Origin: Octopus sinensis
Taxonomy: Eukaryota
Length of the DNA stretch: 64,000 nt
Direction: 5' to 3'
Assembly (NCBI RefSeq): GCF_006345805.1
Contig: NC_042998.1
Span: 3,100,001-3,164,000, forward strand
The notes below the pieces were generated by a model. The model did no database searches. It was not told where the DNA came from and saw nothing but the letters and a program-made list of their open reading frames with translations. Below are positions 1-12,978 of the stretch, piece after piece. Positions within the stretch are counted from its first letter, which is position 1. Each line of letters starts with the position of its first letter. Both the position numbers and the translations under genes were made by a program.

Positions 1-487
1 CATTTGTAAAATCGTTTTTCTTGGAATAGAAAAAAGTCTATCTTTATTTCTTCTTTTGCTAGTGTCTCAAATTTAGGTTAAATCAGTGTTTCTCAAAGGG
101 GAGACCTATGGGACGGTCGGACAAGCTGTTTTGAGAAAATTTGGTTTGAATGTTTGACAACTCAGCACCGTCCATTGGGATGTGGGGGGGCGTTTAGGGT
201 TAGTACATATATATGATATGTGTGTGTGTATGTATAAAAATACAATAAAATATAACGATAGATTCATGTATTATGATATATTAAATACATTATAATAGAG
301 GTGGCTATAGCAATTAAAAACCAAAAATATAAAATGCATAAATAAGGGAGCAAAATAGCACCTGCAATTGCTAGAAATAGGAGCTAAAAAATATAACTTG
401 AATAGCCCCACAAAATCACCAACCTCTTGAGATGTTCGGGGACTGCGATCGGCAAGCCACATCTTTCTCCAGCGAGAGAAAACTCAC

Positions 488-640
488 ATGTATGTATGTA
501 TGTATGCATGTATGTATGTATGTATGTATGTATGTATGTATGTATGTATGTATGTATGTATGAATGTATGTATGTATGTATGTATGCATGTATGTATGTA
601 TGTATGTATGCATGTATGTATGTATGTATGCATGTATCTA
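488..640. repeat. (TGTA)n microsatellite
   Basis: Direct tetranucleotide run with occasional TGCA variants; source of the MYVC/HTYI pseudo-ORFs. Confidence 0.95.
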
Positions 641-675
641 TCTATATATTTATCTCTCTCTATATATATATATCG

Positions 676-978
676 TGGCACTCCTGAAATTAATGTGTAA
701 GTGGCTGAGCTCTCCACAGGCACGTGTACCCGTAACGTAGTTTTCGGGGAGATTCAGCGTCACACAGAGTGTGACAAGGTTAGCCTTTTGAAATACTGGT
801 ACAACAGAAACAGGAAGAAAGAGCGAGAGAAAGTTGTGGTAAAAGAGTACAGCAGTGTTCACCATGACTCCCTGCCGGGGGAGCTTTAGGCGTTTTCGCT
901 CAATAAACACTCATAACGCCCGGTCTGGGAATCGAAGAGCAAGTCCGCTGCTCTAACCACTGGGCCATTGCACCTCCA
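676..978 (-). mobile_element. tRNA-derived SINE (octopod-type family, GGAGGTGCAATGGCCCAGTGGTTAG head)
   Basis: Minus strand begins with an A-box-like TGGCCCAGTGG and a B-box-like TTCGATTCCC with an internal deletion, followed by a ~250-bp unique body; family recognised from memory. Confidence 0.7.
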
Positions 979-1013
979 CACACACATTCAGACACACACA
1001 TTATATATATGTG

Positions 1014-1106
<93 letters not shown>

Positions 1107-2099
1107 ACACACATTAGCATATGTGTATGAATCTTCGGTGCGTGCACACACACACTCTCGCGCATACATACATATATGTATGGGTGTGTATGTGTGTTTT
1201 CGAGCTCATGTGACTTGCGTGTCTCGGGTACGTATGCACGAGGACGCACATAGATTCAGGCAACCATACAAAATATCTAAAAGAGTAAAAGAGTAAAAGA
1301 GTAAAGAGTAAAAAGAGTATACCACCGTATATTTTTTTCCTTCAGTAACCTTGAAGATTAAAAGCAGCGTCAAGAATCGACATACTAATTTATGTTGATT
1401 TATATATAGAACCGGGGACATTCGTGGCATGTTTCCATGAGATAAAACAACAAATGAGTAATTTATAGGAAAACAGTTTTTTTTCGGTAATTCAATCATT
1501 TCCTACAGTAAATAAGAGATGGATGCAAAAGCAAAACAACTGTGTAGCAATCTCCTTCAAATTCAGTCGTAGTTCTTTTGTGGTGTGCATACTTCATAGT
1601 CTGTTGAAATATATACTAATATACTCGTCAGCTATAATTGTGACACAACCCTTCAATCCCAGCTCTCAAGGAAACCTCACTGATATTCTCGTTTATAAAC
1701 AGAGTGAAATTCTTGAGTGTGTATCTATACACACACACACATCAGACACAAGCACACATACACACACAGAGTATACACGCACGCATTAGTTTCATACACA
1801 CAGACACGCACTTACTCATTCAGACACACATATGCCAGGTTCACAATTGTTTTTCTTACTACTCATGCCTCAAGCAACCTCTTTCTCTTACGGTCATTTC
1901 AGTATGCGGTGACCGTCTAATTGAGATATGTTTGTTCCTTTCTTCTCCATTATTTTCTCTCCTCGTCTATTCTTTCTGTAGAAGAGCGTTTGCACGAAAC
2001 CTAAAATACTTTCCCTTCAATTTTTCCCTCGCGCAAACCTAATACAATCTATTTTTGTTTGTTATCTTATCTACGTGTTATTCATGATTTACGCACCAA

Positions 2100-2326
2100 A
2101 TGTATGTATGTATGTATGTATGTATGTATGTATGTATGTATGTATGTATGTATGTATGTATGTATGAATGTATGTGTGTGTATGCATGTATGTACGTATG
2201 CATGCATGTATGTATGCATGCATGCATGTTTGTATGTGTATATGTATGTTTATATGTATGTGTATATGTATGTATGTATGTATGCATGCATATATGTATA
2301 CATGTTTGTATGTGTATATGTATGTG

Positions 2327-2358
<32 letters not shown>

Positions 2359-2375
2359 TCTATCTATCTAACTAA

Positions 2376-2416
<41 letters not shown>

Positions 2417-2419
2417 CAA

Positions 2420-2475
<56 letters not shown>

Positions 2476-2495
2476 ATATCTATCTATTTATCTAT
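2100..2495. repeat. Compound (TATG)n then (TATC)n microsatellite
   Basis: Direct inspection. Confidence 0.95.
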
Positions 2496-2705
2496 GCTGA
2501 GATGGTAAGTAACTCGACTTGAATTACGTGTATTTTTCCTCTTTATTTTATCAGTCAATCCTACTCTATTCACGTGAGGAGTGTAAACGGCCTTGAGGAA
2601 GTTGTCTTCTATTCTGAACTGATTAAAATGAATCATCATCACCACCACCATCGTCGTCGTCGTCATCATCGTCGTTGTTACAATCATCATCATCATCATC
2701 ATCAA

Positions 2706-2880
2706 GGCGGCGAGCTGGCAAAATCGTTAGCATGCCAGGCAGACAAAATGCTTTGTGACATTCCGTCCGTCTTCATGTTTTTTAAGTTTGAATTCCGCCG
2801 AGGTCGACCTTGTCTTCCATCTCCTTTCGGGGTCGATGAAACATGTACCAGCTGAGCACTGGGGACGATGTAATCGACTT
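2706..2880 (+). mobile_element. SINE (GGCGGCGAGCTGGC head family)
   Basis: Same family recurs at 12838-12978 (+) and 22930-23161 (-): GAGCTGGCA.AATCGTTA...TTCCGCCGAGGT...CCTTTCGGGGTCGAT. Confidence 0.75.
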
Positions 2881-2929
2881 ACGCGCCTCACCCTAGAAAC
2901 TACTAGCCTTGTGCCAAAATTTGAAACCA

Positions 2930-3130
2930 TTATCATTACCTCCGCCTTAGCGAAGGCGGAGGTATTGTTTTCAGTTGTGTTTGTTTGTTTGTTTGTTTGT
3001 CCATGGACAAGATATCTCAAGAATCGCTGGATGGATTCGGATGAAACTTTCAGGGATGTTTGACCTAGGGACTGGTACGAATTGATAAGATTTTGGGTTC
3101 GATCCTGTACTAGACAAGGATTCTGGATTA
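2930..3130 (+). mobile_element. DINE/Helentron-like non-autonomous element fragment
   Basis: Hairpin TACCTCCGCC-ttagcgaa-GGCGGAGGTA (2937-2964) followed by a (GTTT)n tract and GGATTCGGATGAAACTTT, an architecture typical of DINE-1-like elements. Confidence 0.5.
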
Positions 3131-3541
3131 TTTTTTTTATATTTTCTTTACTTTACATGTATATGTAAAGTTTCACATAGTTCTCTTGTACACGCACACA
3201 TATACACACATATATTCACACTTCAAATGCCATTTAACGGCTTTTTCACCCCTTCCTTCATAATTCAACTGTCACCCCTTCCTTTCTCATTCATACGACG
3301 GTCTCTTTGCCATTCAACTCCTCTACCTTCACCTCTCACTCCGGCTCTATTTCGTATATATATATATATATATATACATATATATGTATATATACACACA
3401 CGCACATATATATATATACACACATATATATGCACGCACAAATATATATATATATTCATATATACACTTAAGTCTGCTCGGGACTTGGTGCTTGCTTCTT
3501 CCGTGGGTATGAATAAGTATTTCATTTATATCTCGCGTATG

Positions 3542-3600
3542 TGCCGCTGAAGAGGGGAAAATTCCTTGTGAGTTAACCCCGAAATTGGACCAATACGGTA
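3542..3600 (+). ncRNA. Type I hammerhead ribozyme motif
   Basis: Stem I TGCCG/CGGTA; core CTGAAGA 3547-3553; stem II GGGG/CCCC; GAAA 3581-3584; near-palindromic stem III ATTGGACCAAT; predicted cleavage after A3595. Confidence 0.75.
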
Positions 3601-3819
3601 ATAACGAAATTTTTAGAGATTTCTATCGGTTTGTTTCGAAACGCATAAATTTAATGGTTATCGACAAATTTTTTGTTTCGGCGTATCTGGCATTAGAATT
3701 TTTCTTCTGCCCTTATCTTGTAAATTATGTATAAATTTTACCTTTAAAGGCATTTTTTGATATGCTGGCCATTGATAAAATTTTTTTCCCGAAAAAAATG
3801 TTATCCTATATCAATTATA

Positions 3820-3848
<29 letters not shown>

Positions 3849-3851
<3 letters not shown>

Positions 3852-4065
3852 CTAAGCAATAAGGGTTTAGCAACGAGTTGCCTTACCACATACCGAATTT
3901 AGAAATAGCAGTCAAAGGGTTATAGCTATTTCTTCTACTAAAAAGGGAGATCTCAGTAAAAAACAGCATTTGGAAGGCACAAACAGAGCTATAACCCTTT
4001 GACTGCTATTTCTAAATTCGGTATGTGGTAAGGCAACTCGTTGCTAAACCCTTATTGCTTAGTAT
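3849..4065. mobile_element. Foldback/MITE-like element with perfect 79-bp inverted arms
   Basis: 3849-3927 is the exact reverse complement of 3987-4065; 59-bp spacer. Confidence 0.8.
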
Positions 4066-4161
4066 TACTTAAATTTTCCTCGAATGAGGCTTTTACATGC
4101 CGAAGACTACTTGGTGTAATTGATAATTTTTCCAAATTAATTAATTTCAACCTTCATTATT

Positions 4162-4214
<53 letters not shown>

Positions 4215-4859
4215 ATACTCACAAATATATAAAAAGACAACATTTATTATTATATTAGGAGAGCATACATACATTTTAACACTTTACAGTATACTTCCAT
4301 ATATACATAATTCTATACAACGATCTAAAACAACAGGGTCACTAAAGGAAGACCGGAATTAAAGAGAGGAGAAACCCAAAAGGTCTCATGATATTCATTG
4401 AAGGATTTTATTTCAGATATTCCCATTTTAAAAATCATCTCTGGCTAATCGTTGAGAGGACGTTGATCTTGCGTTGGCGGAGGTTTGCGCTCTCTGAGTG
4501 CTCTTGTTATTTTTATTGCTATTTTTTTCGGATAGTGTGTTGTGTTGAGAGTCTAGGTATAGGATCTACGTGTTTTGTTTCGGAGTCGGTAAGATAAATA
4601 GCAGTCAAGTATTGGGGTCGATGGCATTGACTAACATCCCCTCACTCAATAATGCTTGTCTTCTACCTAACTTATTATTATTATTGTTTTTGTTGTTGTT
4701 GTTATTATTATTATTATTATTATTTGCCAAGGTCATCTTAGCCTTTCACTCATTTGCAGTCTATAAAACAAGTACCAGTGGGATCAGAATAATCAACTAG
4801 TCCTCCCACACACACATGACCCAAAGAAATTTCAGGCTTTTTGCCTATAGTAGAAAGGA

Positions 4860-5075
<216 letters not shown>

Positions 5076-5867
5076 GCTTTTTGTTGTGATTCTCCTTCCC
5101 CTTGTTTTGTTGTTGATGCTTCTGCTCATTAACTAATTATTCACAAGCATCAAATTAAAGCTAGTAAGTACAATCTCCTTAAATATAGTTAAAAACTTCC
5201 GATTAATCATTTTCTTTTGATTTTATTTCTAAAATATTTTGTAGGAGTTCCTGAAGGCAGCCGGACAGCTAATTGGTCTTCTCAGAGATAATCAACAACA
5301 CATGTATATATTGGGATTTCAGATTCTGAGCAGCAGCAGTTACGTTTAGAAACGCATAAAAGAACATAGAGACATCTACTCGCACGTGTGCATACCTACG
5401 CGCGCACACACATATCACACACACACAAACACAGGTATATATATATATATATATGCACACATATATGTACACACATATATATATATATACATATATACAT
5501 ATATATTATACATACATATTACACATACATACGTACATATATATATGTACATACATATATATTAATACACAATACTATATATATAATACATATATATATA
5601 TATTATATATATATATATATATATACATATATATATACATACATATATATATATACATACATACATATATATATATATATAATACATATATACATATATA
5701 CATATATATATATATATACACATACATACATATATATATAATTTTATATATATATAATATATAATATATATATATAAAATATTATTTGAGACAAAACCAC
5801 TATTTTGCAAAACAAACAAGGAAAGACTTAATCAATACATAAAATTTAATAAATAGTCAAAAAACCG

Positions 5868-5910
5868 CCACTACAATCGTTTCTTGTCTTGATCGACAAT
5901 CTTCAGGTGG
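5868..5910 (-). ncRNA. Minimal type I hammerhead ribozyme motif (inverted pLTR arm)
   Basis: Exact reverse complement of the motif at 9949-9991. Confidence 0.7.
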
Positions 5911-6451
5911 ACTTCCAATCTAAAAAATCAAAATTTTAAAATATAAAAATAATACTTTTAAATAATTAAAGTATAAATGAAAAAATATAAGTATATAATC
6001 CATATATAACCTATATATAATCCATATCGAAAATATAGACTAATTACCACGAATTCCCTAAAAAAAAACCATGATAAAACAAAACTCTTAAAAACATATA
6101 ACGATAAAATCTCCCTTTGCTAAACTCTATAACAAACCTATAGTAAACCCCTACCTACCTAAACATTCACACACAAATACACACGTAAACCACAGACTCA
6201 CGACTTATACACATACCTATACTAACTTATAAACCTCAATATACACCAAAACCCACTCCCTCCCCACACAGACAAATTAACACATACATCCCAAAACCTA
6301 AATAACAAACCCTAATAATTATATTGATAATTTTAATAATATTAATAATTCCTTAAATGCTGTACATAGATATAATTCTGATAATAATTTTTATAAAATA
6401 AAGAATTATAAATATATTTATAATAATGATAATAATAATAATAAGGTTAAT

Positions 6452-7050
6452 AAGAATAAAATTTGGTTAATAGTTCCTTATGGAGATCAAGTTAAAACGA
6501 ATATTATTAAGAGATTTTAGATGTTATAGAACTATTTATTAGAGATAATCGTAAATATAGAACCATTTTCTCTTTTAATATTGGAGTTGGTTACTCTACC
6601 ACTAATAATGTTGGTAACATTATTTCTTCATTTAATAAATATAAACTGAATAATTTTTATAAAAAGAAATTATTTGATAATAATATTAATAATGATAAGA
6701 CTTATATTAATTGTACATGTAGAGATAAATCTAATTGTATATTAAATAATAATTGTGATATTAACGATGTAGTGTATAAATGTATAGTTACATTACATGA
6801 TAATAACTTTAAGAATAATATTACAATAAAGCGGTTTATATAGGTTCTACTTCCTCAAAAATAAAACTAAGAATTGCACACATATGAATTCTTTTAAAAA
6901 TAAAAACTTAATCAACTCAACCGGACTTAGTAAGTATATTTGGAGTCTTAAATCACTAATATTAATTATATTTAATATGGGAAATAATTTGTAAAACTAA
7001 ATCATATAATATAGGAGCTAATTGTTGTTATTTATGCTCTAATGAGTTTA
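6452..7050 (+). pseudogene. Frameshifted Penelope-like linker plus GIY-YIG endonuclease
   Basis: Manual translation across frameshifts: KNKIWLIVPYGDQVKTNIIK...GYSTTNNVGNIISSFN...CTCRDKSNCILNNNCDINDVVYKC...FIGSTSSKIKLRIAH...NSTGLSKYIWSLK...WEIICK...CYLCSNE. This matches the PLE pattern WFNPPY...TNI / CNC..CPL..C..VVY..YIG.T..FK.R..H / T.LS.YIW.LK / C.LC..E. Missed by the ORF track. Confidence 0.75.
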
Positions 7051-9948
7051 AAGAATTTTATTTTATAAGTATGATAATTTACTTAATACTGGGGAGGAGC
7101 GCAAAATAAAATGTAGACACAAGTTACTTTACTTATATAATAAGTTTCATGATAAATAGCAATAATAGTTCCCTTTTAGGTTATTTTAGTTTAAATTAGT
7201 TTAGATGATATATTTTTGGTTATGTTGTCTAGGATTTAATTATAGTTAGTCTTTTGATACTTCTTTGTTTTAATTAGTTCATTTTTAATGTATATTAATT
7301 TAGCAGTTTATGGTACGTTAAAACTTTAATAATTTATATTAGATTTTTTTATTTTTTTTTATTTTTATTTTTATTTTTATTTATTTATTTTATTATGTAT
7401 TTTTATTTTTATTGCATTTGTATATGTATTTTGAGGATATATTTATATGTTTTGGGTGTTATTTAGTGGTGTTTTTATTGAGTTTTGTATGTATGTGTGA
7501 ATGTTTAAGATCCCTTTGTTTTTTGTTTTTTATTTGTAGGTTGAATTGACAGATTTTATTTGGGTATTGTCTTTTATAATAAAGTACACACCCATAACAA
7601 TTATAAGTGCCCACTTCATTCGTTGTACTTGGGTTTGCATGTGAGCCTCAGCATATGCACCTAACGGCCACTCCAGCCCCACATGGATAAATAAACACAT
7701 ACATCCCCAACCACCATCACAAATGAAACCCACACCCATACAATGACAAAACTCCCCCATACCCTATTTACACCTACATAGTAATCCCAATATATTCTTC
7801 CATACATGGACGCAAGTGCGTGAAGCACATGAACATAATTAGTACGTACAACCCCTAATACACACTAATATATACGTATCAAGCTCGACCTCCACAGTGA
7901 TAAGTTTACACACAATCACACCCAGATGGGTGAATTGCACAACCAGTGAATGCTCACACATACGGGCGCGATTACATTGTTGCATATATCGAGCCAAAAT
8001 TGTATGCATATGTACATGTGAGGGGTACACGTAAATGAAGTGAGCGTGTACCCCCTGTATTTATACCCGTGCGTGAATATACACATGGAGACTACCACAC
8101 AGGTACAAATGTGTTTAGAAATGGGAGCCCCATCACTACACTTAATGTATACTCTCACCCATCCGCACGGATGTGTAAGTGTATCTCCGGTGTATATGTT
8201 GAGGCTTATATGTAGAGTTGTTGAAGGGAACGTCGTTGAAATTGTGAATGAATGGGTAGAGTAGGGAATTGTAACCGTGTGGTGGACTAGTGTTGTTTGG
8301 AATTGTGAATGGATTAGGGTGGTAATGAGGTAGGCATTGAGTATGGGTTACTGTAAGTTGTTTGTTAGAGTTGCTAGGGTGAGCTAAAGCTCATAAATGT
8401 ATATAATTGATTTTTCATGATAGTTTTTAAAGAATCCATTCATAATAAATTTTTTTAAGTAGCGTTGGTTTGCTACGTGGTAATAGTTTTTAGTTCCATT
8501 TATTATATTTCTCCATTCATACTATGAATGACGTTTACTTTCTATGGCGCGTATTCTTTTTTACATTAGTTATTTCCATGGTAACGTATTTTGTTTGGTT
8601 TTTTAACGGCTAAAAATCTAATTTCACTTCATAATTTGTAACTGAATTGTAAGTATGTATTTGATTTATCCTTATGTCATAATGTTATTTTTGATATTCT
8701 GGTTAATTACGATGTATTTATTGTTGTTTTCATAAGAGTGTTTATGTATATGAGATTGGTTGTGAGTTTTTAATTGTATAATTAATTTATTTATCTGTAT
8801 GAGTGTGGGTGTAAATATTGTTGTATATATCGAGTTTTAGTGAGTATAATGCCTTATGTGAGGGAGCATATGTATCTGTTGTGTATGTGTGTTTTTTGTG
8901 TGTGTGTGTTTGTGTGTGAATGTGTATTTGGGTTTGTTATTTAGGATTTGGGATGTATGTGTTAATTTGTCTGTGTGGGGAGGGAGTGGTTTTTGGTGTA
9001 TATTGAGGTTTATAAGTTAGTATAGGTTTGTGTATAATCTTGGGTCTGTGTTTACGTGTGGGTTTTTGTGTGTGAATGTTTAGGTTAAGGGGATTGCTAT
9101 ATAAGTTTGTTATAGGGTTTAGCAAAGGGAGATTTTATCGTTATATGCTTTTATGAGTTTTGTTTTATCATGGTTTTTTTTAGGTAATTCGTGGTATTTT
9201 GTCTATTTTAGGTGTTGGTATTTTTTTACATTGTTTCATTCATAATTTTTGAGTGGTGTTCGTTTTGCCACGTGAATAACCGGGTGGTGGACTAGCGTTG
9301 CTTGAATGTGAATGGAATGTGTAGTAGTGAGGTAGGCATAGAGAATGGGATTGGGTTACTGCAAGTTGTTTGTTAGAGATGCTAAGGTGAGTTAAAGCTC
9401 ATAAATGTATAATGTTTTTTGTGGTGTGTAAGTATTGTTGTATATGTCGAGTTTTAGTGAGTATGTATAGGCGTATATGTGAGGGAGTATATGTATCTTT
9501 TGTGTGTGAGTGTTTTGCGTGTGAGTGTGTGTTTTGTGTGTGAATGTGTTATGGGTTTGTTATTAGGTTTTGGGATGTATGTGTTATTTGTCTGTGTGGG
9601 GAGGGAGTGGGTTTTGGTGTATATTGAGGTTTATAAGTTAGTATAGGTATGTGTATAAGTCGTGAGTCTGTGGTTTACGTGTGTGTATTTGTGTGTGAAT
9701 GTTTAGGTTAGGGGGTTTACTTTATAGGTTTGTTATAGAGTTTAGCAAAGGGGATTTTATCGTTATATGTTTTTAAGAGTTTTGTTTTATCATGGTTTTT
9801 TTTAGGGAATTCGTGGTAATTATCTATATTTTCGATATGGATTATATATAGGTATATATGGATTATATACTTATATTTTTTCATTTATACTTTAATTATT
9901 TAAAAGTATTATTTTTATATTTAAAATTTTGATTTTTTAGATGGAAGT

Positions 9949-9991
9949 CCACCTGAAGATTGTCGATCAAGACAAGAAACGATTGTAGTGG
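9949..9991 (+). ncRNA. Minimal type I hammerhead ribozyme motif (pLTR)
   Basis: Stem I CCAC/GTGG; CTGAAGA 9953-9959; stem II TTGTC-gatcaa-GACAA; GAAA 9976-9979; stem III ACGATTGT (self-complementary with G-U pairs); predicted cleavage after GTA at 9987. Confidence 0.7.
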
Positions 9992-10369
9992 CGGTTTTTT
10001 TGACTATTTATTAAATTTTATGTATTGATTAAGTCTTTCCTTGTTTGTTTTGCAAAATAGTGGTTTTGTCTCAATAATATTTTATAATATTTACTATAAA
10101 ATTGGATTTAATCCTAATCTGATTTTTTTCCCTGTAAATTTGGATATATTCCCTAATATTTATATTATATATATATATATATATATAATTAAATAACAAA
10201 AATAATTAATTTAGATAACTTCAAATCTTTTCAAAAGTTACGGGTATTCAGGTCACGATCGTAAGGTTGTGAGTTCCATTCCCCACGGTGGGTTTTGTCC
10301 CTGCACAAGATATATTATTTTTCGTTGTTTCATTCAACTCTGCTGGCAAAAATCAGTTGTACCTGAGGT

Positions 10370-10732
10370 GGTTTCATGGCAAAGAATTCATCAAGGTATC
10401 TTTTTACGTCATTCAAGGAATTGAAATTTTTACTATTAAGACTATTCTGCAGAGACCTGAAGAAGTGGAAATCCGAACGAGCAATATCTGGTGAATATGG
10501 AGGGTGGGGTAACACATCCCGGCCGAGTTGCAGCAATTTTTGTCTGATTCCCAAAGAAACGTGCGGTCTTGCATTACCATGTTGGAAAACAACACCCTTC
10601 TTGTTGGCCAATTCTAGACGTTTCTCTTGAATTGCTGCTTTTAACTCGTATTTTATGGACTCAACCATGTTCTAAAATAAGTCGAAAGGTAAGCTACTAT
10701 AAATCGGCACGAACTTTCCGGACAACCCAATA
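10370..10732 (-). mobile_element. Internally deleted mariner (DD34D) element fragment
   Basis: ORF 10330-10668: LKAAIQEKR..KGVVFQHGNARPH..PHPPYSPDIARSDFHFFRSLQN matches mariner HDNARPH and YSPDLAPSDY motifs (catalytic D changed to G). Mariner-type TIR TATTGGGTTGTCCGGAAAGTTCGTGCCGAT on the minus strand at about 10702-10732. Confidence 0.85.
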
Positions 10733-12276
10733 GAAACCAACACCAGTTATTAACAGGACAAACATAAAGACACCTACACACACAGAGGGGCTTCCACATA
10801 GTTTTTGTTTACTAAGTTCACTCACAAGATATTGTGTCGGTGCGGAAAACACGTGCTCGAGATGCCATGCAGTGGGACAGAACCTGAAACCAAGTGGTTG
10901 AACGGTGAGCTTCTTAACCACGTAGCCATGCCCATGCTTAACTTCAAACATCATCGTGAAAATGTTAGTAAGTAACACTTTAAATATGTTTCAACTTTAC
11001 TAACATTCTTAACCCCAAATTGATTTACATTGAGATTAGATGTAAAAGAAATCATTTACCTCTTTTTAAAAAAGCAGTTCTCAATCGTAATTGCTTCTAA
11101 AATTTTCATTTTAAATAGTATTTTCCAGTAACACGAGTTAGTAAATACTAGGTTTGATTTCTTGTCTCAGATCAATTTACTTCTGTTGTCTTTGCGAATG
11201 CTTAGCCTCTAGTCCAGAGTTTCCCAACTTTTTCACTACGAAGAACCCCTTTTATTTAAATGAGCTTTCTCACGGACCCTTTTTGTTATATCCTTATATA
11301 TATATACCGAATAATTGTCACGTATTACATTTACAGATAAATTCTTCTATTTACATAATATCGAGGTCTCTTTCATTCTTTTGTTGTCTTACAATTTTTA
11401 ACAATATATATATATATATGAAATTTTGAATTTAGTTCACAGACTCCCAGTACCACTTTTGCGGACCACCAGGAGTTCGCTATACCATTGCTATACTCAG
11501 GCATGTTTAATACAGCTTATGATCAAAGACGTTTTAGTCGTGACGATTCTGCCTCCAGCTTTTAAGTGTGCCCTATTCAATGTGTCCTTCCATTTGCTTG
11601 AGAGTGTAAGTGTGATTTGGTGGAGATTTAGCTGCTATTACTAAAAGCTCAAGTGATCAGGTAAGGATTTATTGGTTGGTTCGCTTACTTTTTCATTTCC
11701 TTTCGTAAATAAATGAACGAAACAGAACTCTAATTATTCTAATCTAAAACACAAATATCGACTCTGTAACTTCACATTTGTCTTTTTCAGACGAGACTAA
11801 ATAAGATCCTGTTATTTCCATTGCACTCGTTTACTCTTTCGCTAGCTCCAGCCAGTGGAATATGGACATCCCAGGGTGCAGCAGTCATCAAAGAAAATTA
11901 TCATGCGCCGTTATATGTATAATATTTTCATTCAATTACACAAAGCTTTTCGTTTATTTTTAAGACTAAATGCGGATACAGACCGAAGGAGACTTCAATG
12001 GGAACCAAAACAAAAAAACAAAACAATCCAAACGAAATTTGGCGTTTTTGGTTGATGCTGGCTTTAGACTTTCTTCCCTATGCAATCTTTATCGTTCTCC
12101 TTATATATAAAAAAACAACAAAAACAAAGGCATTTAATTAAAAAAACATGAAAAATATTAAAAACCTGAAGAAAAGAGGAAGCATAATTGAGGACAGGTC
12201 AGACGAAAAGTAGGGTATCCATCCAGCTACTCCCTTTTGTTTCTTCTTAATATGTCTTTTTATTTGTGTAGTCGTG

Positions 12277-12445
12277 ATGGTGTGTGGCCTAGTAGTCAGG
12301 GTGTCGTACTCACGATCGGAAGATCGCGGTTTCGATTCTCAGACCGGCAGTGCGTTGTGTTCTTGAGTAAAACACTCCGGTCCGCTCAGCTGTAAATGGA
12401 TAACCCTGCGACGGACTCGTGTTCCGTTCCACGGAAATGTTGGCC
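12277..12445 (+). mobile_element. tRNA-derived SINE with GCGTTGTGTTCTTGAG core
   Basis: A-box TGGCCTAGTAG, B-box GGTTTCGATTC, then the core shared with the copy at 53098-53350. Confidence 0.65.
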
Positions 12446-12837
12446 TGCCCGACTAGCGAATTGCTGGCATCATTCGAAAGGAAGTGCATTGTGACTAGCG
12501 GTATATAACAACAACCGTTAGTCTGGTTGATACAATGATACTGTGATTCATATATTCAACTGAGTTTAAAAATATATACGCACCTAATTTATACATTAGT
12601 TTCAAATTTTCGCACTAGGCCAGCAATTTCGAGGAGAAGGCTAGTAGATTACTTCGATCCCCAGTGTTTTACTAGTACTTACTTTATCGACCCCGAAAAG
12701 ATGAAAGGTAAAGTCCACTTCAGCGGAATTCATATAAATTAAGAAAAAGAAAATATATACGCACTTAATTTAAATATTAAATGAAAAAACATGGGCGAAA
12801 AAAACTATATTCTATGAATAATATTATTCTTAGTTAG

Positions 12838-12978
12838 GGCGGCGAGCTGGCAGAATCGTTAACGCGCCGGGTGAAATGCTTAGCGGTTAAGTTCTGAGTT
12901 CAGATTCCGCCGAGGTTAACTTTGCCTTTCATCCTTTCGGGGTCGATTAAATAAGTACCAGTTACGCACTGGGGTTGC
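12838..12978 (+). mobile_element. SINE (GGCGGCGAGCTGGC family), internally deleted
   Basis: Homologous to 2706-2880. Confidence 0.7.

Larger units (their letters stand above)
5777..10083 (+). mobile_element. Penelope-like element remnant with ~535-bp inverted pLTR-like arms and an internal diverged tandem pLTR copy
   Basis: 5777-6312 is a near-identical reverse complement of 9553-10083; 8278-8405 resembles 9284-9412 and 8820-9205 resembles 9435-9820; GIY-YIG remnant inside; hammerhead motif in each arm. Confidence 0.75.

Noticed and set aside
11430-11615. Possible exon between a TTAG acceptor and a GTAAGT donor
   Set aside because: No recognisable protein and no partner exons identified.
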